Shown here in pieces: positions 1 through 6,483 of a stretch of 10,575 bases of DNA (positions within the stretch are counted from its first letter, which is position 1; every line of letters begins with the position of its first letter). The notes under the pieces were generated by a model. It worked only from the letters and a program-made list of their open reading frames with translations. It had not been told where the DNA came from and searched no databases. The stretch is taken from NCBI GenBank assembly GCA_049512935.1, contig JBEKWR010000036.1, positions 1 through 10,575 on the forward strand, read 5' to 3'. The DNA comes from Candidatus Bathyarchaeia archaeon. GTDB taxonomy: Archaea > Thermoproteota > Bathyarchaeia > Bathyarchaeales > Bathycorpusculaceae. The translations under genes were made by a program, and so were the position numbers.

Positions 1-437
1 TTGATTAATTCCGCAAAGGTCTTTTCGCCTTCGCCAACGATTAAGAAATCGATGTTTGGGTCTTGGATGACGTATTCAGGCAGGCTGGACGGATGTGCGC
101 CTCCCACGGCAACCAGAATGTCGGGATTAACCGCTTTAACAAGCGAAGCGACACGTCGCATTTCCATATCCATCAGAGTGAAAGGACAAGTTATCCCGAC
201 CAAATCAGGCTGAAAGGCGCGTATCTCGTTTTTAATCGCATCCTCTGGCAATCCAACCCTGATTAGCCGACCCGCACAGGTGGAACCTAAGCCTTCAACA
301 ATCGTGTCAAGAATTCTTACGCGGTGACCCATCTGCTCAGCAACCGCCGCCAAGTAGCCTAAACTCAACGGTGGCGTAACAGCAAAAGCCTCATTCCTCT
401 TAACAGTAATCGGCGGCTGAATCAGCAGGATATTCAT
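1..437 (-). CDS. Cobalamin (B12)-binding domain protein, probably a class B radical SAM enzyme; N-terminal 145 aa, runs off the left edge
   Basis: Not in the ORF track; translated by hand from ATG at 437: MNILLIQPPITVKRNEAFAVTPPLSLGYLAAVAEQMGHRVRILD...FQPDLVGITC...VAVGGAHPS...IDFLIVGEGEKTFAELI, open to base 1. PLxLGYLAA, PDLVGI, GGxHP and GEGE are typical of the N-terminal B12-binding domain of radical SAM proteins. The CxxxCxxC motif would lie outside the window. Confidence 0.9.
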   Translation of the reverse strand, partial: MNILLIQPPITVKRNEAFAVTPPLSLGYLAAVAEQMGHRVRILDTIVEGLGSTCAGRLIRVGLPEDAIKNEIRAFQPDLVGITCPFTLMDMEMRRVASLVKAVNPDILVAVGGAHPSSLPEYVIQDPNIDFLIVGEGEKTFAELI

Positions 438-562
438 TGCGTTCCCCAACTGAATTTAAAGCTTATAAGCTTTCGTAAAACAAACCTGCTGGCGAGCTTT
501 TTTTCTTCAGAGATGCGGCAAATGGCAAATCTGAAAATTCAAGTCAAAGACATTAATCGAAA
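345..562 (+). repeat. Direct repeat copy A (5' end and upstream region of the B12-binding gene)
   Basis: 415-483 matches 2003-2071 at 68 of 69 nt. 484-562 matches 2072-2149 with about a dozen differences. Similarity fades leftwards to about 345, so the left boundary is approximate. Confidence 0.92.
458..475 (-). promoter_or_regulatory. Archaeal-type BRE/TATA promoter of the B12-binding gene (perfect 16-bp palindrome AAAGCTTATAAGCTTT at 458-473)
   Basis: Minus strand reads CGAAAGCTTATAAG, with TTATAA ending 25 nt before the ATG at 437. This fits a leaderless or short-leader archaeal transcript. Confidence 0.65.
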
Positions 563-585
563 ATTTCCGCAGCCGAACAAAAGCT

Positions 586-1662
586 CTATTGACACAGATC
601 AAGTAGAATTTTGACTATCTTTTGCCCAGCTTTGCCGTCGCCAAATGGGTTGACCCAACCTTTCTTATTCCACATTATTTTTGCCGCGTCAAGTATCTTG
701 TCGGGGCAGGTGCCAGCCAACATGTTTGAGCCAACCTCAAGGGTTTCAGGCCTCTCAGTATTATCTCTTAATGTGACGCATGGAACACCCAGAACGCATG
801 TCTCTTCCTGCACACCGCCCGAATCAGTGAAGACAAGCCCCGCCTTGCTCTCAAGCTCCAGGAAAGCCAAATAGTCCAGCGGTTCAACCAAAGTCAAGCC
901 CGACGTGCTTATGCCGAACAGGTCAAGCTGCTTTTTCGCTCTGGGATGAATGGGATAAATAAGTGGAAGCCTAAACTCCTGCTGGACCATTTTTAGGCCA
1001 TTTATGAGGTTTGCGAAGCGTTTTGGGTCGTCCACGTTTTCTTGCCTGTGAGATGTAGCTAACATAAACTTGCCCGGCTCAAGATCAAGTTGGTTGAGAA
1101 TTTTTGTTTTAGATTGGGCGATTGCCAAGTTCTGGTAAACAGCATCAACCACCGTGTTGCCCGTCACAAAAATGTCTTCTTCCCGTAGTCCTTCGTGAAG
1201 CAGGATTTGTTTGGATTGCTCGGTTGGCGCAAACAGGTAGTCGGAGCAGTGATCTGCTAAGATACGGTTAACTTCTTCAGGCATGCTGCGGTCGTAGCTG
1301 CGTAATCCAGCCTCCACATGCCCAACTTTAATGCCCAGCTTCACCGCGGCAACGGCGCCGGCAAGCACAGTGTTCGTGTCACCTTCAACCAACACAACAT
1401 CCGGCTGCTCAACCTGCAACACCTTTTCGATGCCGATAAGCATTTCACCAGTCTCCTTGCCATGTGTGCCCGAGCCTACGTCCAAGTTGTACTTTGCATT
1501 AGGCAGCTCAAGCTGTTCAAAAAAAACCCGATCCATATTGTAGCTGTAGTGTTGCCCAGTATGCAAGATAAAATAGTTTAAACGTAGCTTTTCGCATTCC
1601 TTTATGATGGGTGAAAACTTCACGATTTCTGGTCTAGTCCCGAGAATTATGCAAGTTTTCAA
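586..1662 (-). CDS. wecB: UDP-N-acetylglucosamine 2-epimerase (non-hydrolysing)
   Basis: Motifs GTRPE, HTGQHY, VEGDTNT, HVEAGLRS, PEEVNR, TGNTVVD, HRQEN, DSGGVQEE, TERPE and NPFGDG are all present. Start placed at TTG 1662 (MKTCIILGTRPE, behind GGAGCGG) rather than the track's 1680. Confidence 0.96.
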   Translation of the reverse strand: MKTCIILGTRPEIVKFSPIIKECEKLRLNYFILHTGQHYSYNMDRVFFEQLELPNAKYNLDVGSGTHGKETGEMLIGIEKVLQVEQPDVVLVEGDTNTVLAGAVAAVKLGIKVGHVEAGLRSYDRSMPEEVNRILADHCSDYLFAPTEQSKQILLHEGLREEDIFVTGNTVVDAVYQNLAIAQSKTKILNQLDLEPGKFMLATSHRQENVDDPKRFANLINGLKMVQQEFRLPLIYPIHPRAKKQLDLFGISTSGLTLVEPLDYLAFLELESKAGLVFTDSGGVQEETCVLGVPCVTLRDNTERPETLEVGSNMLAGTCPDKILDAAKIMWNKKGWVNPFGDGKAGQKIVKILLDLCQ

Positions 1663-1710
1663 TGAAATGTGCCGCTCCAATTCTGCGCCAAAGTTAATTG
1701 ACCAACCTGC

Positions 1711-1723
1711 GATATAAGTTTTG
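1711..1723 (-). promoter_or_regulatory. Putative BRE/TATA promoter of wecB
   Basis: Minus strand CAAAACTTATATC, about 50 nt upstream of the likely TTG start. Same pattern as the other promoter candidates in the window. Confidence 0.55.
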
Positions 1724-1932
1724 AAACTGAATCAAAGAAACGCTTATTTTCGAATAAGGGGCGAATTTACTTGACGTTTAGAGTCGAGTCAAGCAAGAAG
1801 AAGTGTTAAATAACTCAGAAAAGCCGGAATAACGATTGACCGTGCAGTATCGTTGTGCAGAACCATGAAGAGAATATACGGCAAAGAAGACCAGCTCAGA
1901 GACCTGTTATTCGACATCAGCAAATGTGGTTC

Positions 1933-2025
1933 TCCGGCAAGGCAGACTAAAACTCTGACGTGGAATAACAGGAGAAGTTTAATCCTGCTTAACAGTAATC
2001 AGGGCTGAATCAGCAGGATATTCAT
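1933..2025 (-). pseudogene. Remnant of the 5' end of the B12-binding gene
   Basis: ATG at 2025 gives MNILLIQP, identical to the gene starting at 437, then TGA at 2001-1999 after a 1-nt deletion. Decayed nucleotide similarity continues for about 65 nt further. Confidence 0.8.
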
Positions 2026-2149
2026 CGCGTTCCCCAACTGAATTTAAAGCTTATAAGCTTTCGTAAAACAATTCCGCTAGTGAGCCTTTTTTCTTAAGAA
2101 ATGCGGCAAATGGCAAATCTGAAAAGTAAGTCAAAGACGATAATCGAAA
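1933..2149 (+). repeat. Direct repeat copy B (degenerate copy of 345-562)
   Basis: Manual alignment with copy A. It retains the palindrome at 2046-2061 and GGCAAATGGCAAAT at 2105-2118. Confidence 0.92.
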
Positions 2150-2190
2150 CCAAGTAGATTGATGGTTGAATAAGGCAGCATTAAAAAATT

Positions 2191-2203
2191 AAAACTTAAT
2201 AAG
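2191..2203 (+). promoter_or_regulatory. Putative BRE/TATA promoter of the plus-strand methyltransferase
   Basis: AAAACTTAATAAG about 30 nt upstream of the ATG at 2233. No clear RBS is present, consistent with a nearly leaderless mRNA. Confidence 0.5.
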
Positions 2204-2232
2204 ATATTATTAGCATTCTTAAAAGCGTAAAA

Positions 2233-3003
2233 ATGCCGGAAACTATAAGAAACTTCTACCTGAGAGACGAGTATATAAAGAAAAATCCTAATCTGCATGA
2301 AGAGGATTCAGCTTGGAAATACACCAAGATAGTGCCATTTGCAGACGAAATTTTGTCCAAGGAGTTTAAACCTAACACTCACTTAACATTTCTCGACATT
2401 GGAGGGGGCGCTGGGCTAATTTTAAAGCAAGTTGTTATACATACGCAAAGTAAATTTGGAGACAGCATACAAAAAATAATTCTTGATTTGAGTCCAGGGA
2501 TGCTCAGAGTTCAAATCAAAAATAATCCCGACGTTTCTAAAGTCCTGAATGAGGATATATGTCAGACTACTCTCTCAGATAAAGAAATAGACATAGCCTT
2601 TATGATTGATGTTTTAGAACATATTTCGGATACTGTTAAAGCACTTAAAGAAATTAACCGTATTTCCAAATACGCAATATTAAAGGTGCCGCTTCAGAGT
2701 AATCTTCTGCTCAACTGTGCAAATTTTATTTCACAAGGAAAAATAAGAGAACAATCCAGAAAAAATCTCGGTCACATAAACTATTACAGTACACCCACGA
2801 TTCTACGACAGGTCAAACAAAATGGTGGAAGAATACTAGCCTATTCTTTTACTAACTGGCATCAATATCAGCTAAATTCACTTAAAACTAACTGGAAAGA
2901 AAAAATTAAATGCCGTGTGGGTATGAGTCTTTTCAAAGTTTCTCCGAAATTATGTAGCTTAGTTTTAAGTGATTTTATCATTATCCTCATTAAGTGTGAT
3001 TAA
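2233..3003 (+). CDS. Class I SAM-dependent methyltransferase
   Basis: 256-aa ORF with motif I FLDIGGGAG, acidic residue in ILDLS and DVLEHI. Substrate unknown; a glycan is inferred from context. Confidence 0.88.
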   Translation: MPETIRNFYLRDEYIKKNPNLHEEDSAWKYTKIVPFADEILSKEFKPNTHLTFLDIGGGAGLILKQVVIHTQSKFGDSIQKIILDLSPGMLRVQIKNNPDVSKVLNEDICQTTLSDKEIDIAFMIDVLEHISDTVKALKEINRISKYAILKVPLQSNLLLNCANFISQGKIREQSRKNLGHINYYSTPTILRQVKQNGGRILAYSFTNWHQYQLNSLKTNWKEKIKCRVGMSLFKVSPKLCSLVLSDFIIILIKCD

Positions 3004-3158
3004 TATATAATGCACCGCTCTTAGCAGAATCAAATAATCGCCAAGTCGAGTACAAGAGGCAGATTTCGATCCGACGGCAGAGTAATTGGCAAAAAGGTAA
3101 TAATAAGCCCGAGTTTCTGCAAAGGATTAACTCCCTTTATTTTGATTTCAAATCAAAG

Positions 3159-3187
3159 TAGTTGGTAACTATTTTTTTTTGAAAAAA
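3159..3187. terminator. Possible terminator between convergent genes
   Basis: Short hairpin TAGTT-GGT-AACTA followed by T9 (3172-3180) on plus and A6 (T6 on minus). Oligo-T termination is established in archaea. Confidence 0.35.
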
Positions 3188-3270
3188 CTCTTCCAGATTA
3201 TTTTAAGCGAAAATTATAAAAAATGATGACTGATTTGTATGTAACACTAATGAAAAAGTTTTGGTTCAGG

Positions 3271-4374
3271 TCAGCAGCACAAAACTTCCTTGATTAAAGA
3301 AGTAATTTTGTCTACTGCTGAGACTTTCAAGTCAGGATATAATGGAAGACACAAGACCCGATTTGCGACGGAATCGGCATTTATCAACTTGTATTTCTCA
3401 ACCAAATTTAGGCCTGCTTTTTTGAAGTAATCAAAGTTGGTTGTAAGAGGGAAAAAGTACTTTCTTGACTTAATGTCATTCTTGAGAAGCAATGAATACA
3501 CAGAATCTCTTTCCTTCTTGCTCGCTAAAAGTATTGGCATATAGCCGTAATTATATTTAGATGCTATAATCTTCTGAAATTGTATGTTCTTAATGGAGGA
3601 TAACGTTTCAATGTAATACTCGTAAAGAGTCCTTCTCAGTCGAATTGCTTCATCAATATTTTCAAGGTTACAGAGACCCATCGCAGCCTGAAACTCGTTC
3701 ATCTTAGCATTAGTGCCCGGAAGAACAACCTCTTCCTCTGACTTAATACCGTGATTTCTCATGAGCTTCAGCTTCTCAACTATTTTTTCGTCTTTGGCGA
3801 CAACTGCGCCTCCTTCTATTGTGTTGAAAACTTTGGTTGCATGAAAACTCAATGTTGAAACATCACCAAAGTCGGTTATCGGCTGATTCTTGTATTCGAC
3901 CCCAAAGGCGTGTGCAGCATCATAAACGATTTTCAGGTTATGTTTATCGGCAATTTCCCGTAGCTGATTCACATAACAAGGATTACCATAAACATGGACA
4001 GGAAGAATCGCCGTAGTTTTATTAGTTATTTTCTTTTCTACATCAACAGGGTCGATATTATAGGTTTCTGGATTGATATCAGCGAAAACTGGAGTTAACC
4101 CTTCCCATAGCAACACATTTGTGGTCGCAGCGAATGTGAAAGGAGTCGTGATTACTTCACCTTTGATGTCAAGCGCTTTTAACGCTGTCTGCAGCGTCAA
4201 CGTGCCATTAGACATGAGAACCAAATTTTTGACTTTTAGATAGTCTTCTAATCTCTTTCCAAGTAACTGTACAAATTCGCCGTCATTAGTAAGCCAACGA
4301 TTAGCCCAAATCTTTTTCAAGCATTCAAAATATTTTTCGATAGGTGGAAGGTCAGCCTTAGTGACGTTTATCAT
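3271..4374 (-). CDS. vioA: DegT/DnrJ/EryC1/StrS PLP-dependent sugar aminotransferase, VioA-like (dTDP-4-amino-4,6-dideoxyglucose)
   Basis: Family motifs TTPFTFAAT, PVHVYGNP, YDAAHAFG, SFHATK (PLP lysine), EGGA, NAKMNE and LCLPLYP. The N-terminus (VTK..LP..KIW..WLTNxG) resembles the VioA subfamily. The family call is firm; the exact sugar is inferred. Confidence 0.88.
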   Translation of the reverse strand: MINVTKADLPPIEKYFECLKKIWANRWLTNDGEFVQLLGKRLEDYLKVKNLVLMSNGTLTLQTALKALDIKGEVITTPFTFAATTNVLLWEGLTPVFADINPETYNIDPVDVEKKITNKTTAILPVHVYGNPCYVNQLREIADKHNLKIVYDAAHAFGVEYKNQPITDFGDVSTLSFHATKVFNTIEGGAVVAKDEKIVEKLKLMRNHGIKSEEEVVLPGTNAKMNEFQAAMGLCNLENIDEAIRLRRTLYEYYIETLSSIKNIQFQKIIASKYNYGYMPILLASKKERDSVYSLLLKNDIKSRKYFFPLTTNFDYFKKAGLNLVEKYKLINADSVANRVLCLPLYPDLKVSAVDKITSLIKEVLCC

Positions 4375-4596
4375 TTTTGCATCACGCTAAGCCTTTAGAC
4401 TATAATTTCAACTATTTATGTTAAATGATATTTTAATAAACTAAATAATTTTCTAATTTTCCGCCCTGCCATCTTAAAACTCCTTAGTTAACCGGCGATT
4501 TGCTCGCTAGTTTTGTAACGATTATTGATATATATATTTGTTCTACTATTTTATTGAACAGTTTCGGCAGCAACATTATCGACAAATAGACGAGTC

Positions 4597-5139
4597 TCAT
4601 TTTATTGCAACAACCGTATAATGAATAGGCATAAGGTCTCTGTTTGGAGTAGGAAGTGACTTGATTTCTACGCTTGAAAATTCGCTAAGAAGCGCCCTTA
4701 AGCCATATTCGCTAAAACGCCAGCAATCAGGCAATGGACCATGAATCCGGAAATTAAAAGGCACCGTTAAAAGCAAAACACCTTTTGGTTTCAATAATCT
4801 GAAAATTTCTTTGATCGCTGAGAAAGGATTTAAAGTGTGTTCTAGAACTTCCGTACATACAATTACATCAAACTTTCCATCAGGCATGAATTTGTTAAAT
4901 TTAGTAATATCTGCAATGTACTTTGCACCCGAGTTGGGGTCTATGTCTAGCGTTTCGATTTTAGCTTTTTTAAAATAAGCCTGTGCCCCTTCATGAACTT
5001 GAGGGGCAATATCCAAAACTAACAATTCTGTACGATCACATTTTTCAGCACATTCTTTCAAGAACTTACTGATATTATTCCTAATTTGAATATAACATTC
5101 TTCATCGAATTTGCTTACCACGGCTTTCTTAGAATTCAT
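4597..5139 (-). CDS. Small class I SAM-dependent methyltransferase (type 11-like)
   Basis: TLDID, YIADI, FDVIVCTEVLEH, LLKPKGVLLLTVPF and HGPLPDCWRFS. Motif I is atypical (VLDIAP). The ATG directly follows the upstream TGA. Confidence 0.85.
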   Translation of the reverse strand: MNSKKAVVSKFDEECYIQIRNNISKFLKECAEKCDRTELLVLDIAPQVHEGAQAYFKKAKIETLDIDPNSGAKYIADITKFNKFMPDGKFDVIVCTEVLEHTLNPFSAIKEIFRLLKPKGVLLLTVPFNFRIHGPLPDCWRFSEYGLRALLSEFSSVEIKSLPTPNRDLMPIHYTVVAIK

Positions 5140-6429
5140 TCAGACCCTCTCATCAAGTAATAGTTCAATCATGCTGCAGTCGAATGTTGGTATTTTGTGT
5201 TTCCAATAAACCGATTGGCGCTCGCTAAAACTATCATCTATGAAAATTGCGCCATCTGGATTAATAAAATCTGCTTTAGAATCGCCTTTGCTGATTGCAA
5301 TAACTTCATCAAAAACGCTTGTAAGTCGCCATTTGCTAAGAATGGAATCAATTCTGCCAGTAGTTTTAGTTATTAAGATTATTTTACAGCCTTTATTTAT
5401 GGCTTGATACAAGAATCTGATTAGGAACGTATTGATTTTATCATTGAGGATTAAGGTATCATCTAAATCAACATAAACTTTCTTATACTCGATACTATGC
5501 TTGAATCTATTAGTTAAGGCCCTATCTATTTCAACATCACAGTTGTTGGTCATTATTTTTAGGACTATTCCTTCCTGCTCGTAAATACTCAAAAGAGGGA
5601 AGTTTACACCTAACACTCTATTCGTTGCCATCGTTCCGCTAATCCTCGGAGCGATTTCTAATAGCTTAAAGATGCCTGTATTCGCCATCTTTAATTGAAA
5701 AAACCAGGCACCATGAAATTCCAATTCCCCTGAAATGATGTCTGCCATTTTTCTGAAAAGCGAAGAGGTTTTGTCATCAACGGGCTTGCTATTCATTGAT
5801 ATACCAGATTTAGTGCGGATTCTCTCCCGGCCATTGCAAAAAAGTAGACCTTTACGCCTATCGGTGAAACAATCAACAGTGAATTCTTTTCCAGGTAAGT
5901 ATTCCATTATTATTAAATCCGGGTTATTTTCAAGAAGAACTTCAAGCGTTTTAAAATTGTTGACTTGGCAAGAGTCTTGAGAGCCCTGACCTTTATCAGG
6001 TTTAACAAATACAGGAAAACTAGTAACGTCGGATATCTGATTGAAGACGATAGGAACAGGCAACAGCTTTTGGAATTTTTCATATGTTTTGGATTTAGAT
6101 CTGCAGATTAGACAAGTATCTAATGGCGAAGAAATGATTTTGGCCTTTATCTTGTCAGTATTTTCAACTAAGGCCACTACGATATCGTCGAAAGCTGGAA
6201 ATATATAATCGATTTTGCAGTTTTCTATTAAAAGATTTAGGGATTCGACCCAATTTGAATCGTAAATGGTTGGAATTATAAAGTGATTTTTAAAAACATA
6301 CGGTGCATGATTTGAGACATCGCTGCCTGCTGAATAAAGTTGTATTTCCTTGCAAAATTGAAGAGACTTTAGTATTTCTAACCCTATTTCAGTGCCGCCC
6401 GGAAAAACAAGTACTTTTTTGCTTCTCAA
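5140..6429 (-). CDS. ATP-grasp domain protein fused to a C-terminal HAD-like domain
   Basis: ATP-grasp motifs FPVFVKPDKGQGS, MEYLPGKEFTVD and LLEIAPRISG. HAD motifs VDLDDTL, LITK, a Lys in KGDSK and FIDDS. Start is probably TTG 6429 behind GGAGG (track start 6444). Confidence 0.85.
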   Translation of the reverse strand: MRSKKVLVFPGGTEIGLEILKSLQFCKEIQLYSAGSDVSNHAPYVFKNHFIIPTIYDSNWVESLNLLIENCKIDYIFPAFDDIVVALVENTDKIKAKIISSPLDTCLICRSKSKTYEKFQKLLPVPIVFNQISDVTSFPVFVKPDKGQGSQDSCQVNNFKTLEVLLENNPDLIIMEYLPGKEFTVDCFTDRRKGLLFCNGRERIRTKSGISMNSKPVDDKTSSLFRKMADIISGELEFHGAWFFQLKMANTGIFKLLEIAPRISGTMATNRVLGVNFPLLSIYEQEGIVLKIMTNNCDVEIDRALTNRFKHSIEYKKVYVDLDDTLILNDKINTFLIRFLYQAINKGCKIILITKTTGRIDSILSKWRLTSVFDEVIAISKGDSKADFINPDGAIFIDDSFSERQSVYWKHKIPTFDCSMIELLLDERV

Positions 6430-6483
6430 GCCATAGCCCTCCAAGAATTATAACAAGAGAAAAAATACTCTAAGTCTTGTTCG

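Noticed and set aside
1-266. Plus-strand ORFs 1-213 and 63-266
   Set aside because: Antisense shadows of the B12-binding gene, with no recognisable motifs.
1519-1526. A8 homopolymer in wecB as a phase-variation tract
   Set aside because: Short, in frame, and explained by Val/Phe codons.
611-1581. Plus-strand ORFs 611-874, 1318-1581 and 1331-1543
   Set aside because: Fully antisense to wecB, with no motifs.
1743-1758. CTTATT-TTCG-AATAAG hairpin upstream of the wecB promoter
   Set aside because: Only a 6-bp AT-rich stem. It could be an operator but cannot be told apart from chance.
345-2149. Repeat-flanked wecB segment as a transposon
   Set aside because: No transposase, terminal inverted repeats or target-site duplication. 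The repeats are copies of host gene sequence.
2151-2158. CAAGTAGA after repeat B matches 600-607 at the 3' end of wecB
   Set aside because: An 8-nt match needing a ~37-nt gap is too weak to extend the repeat.
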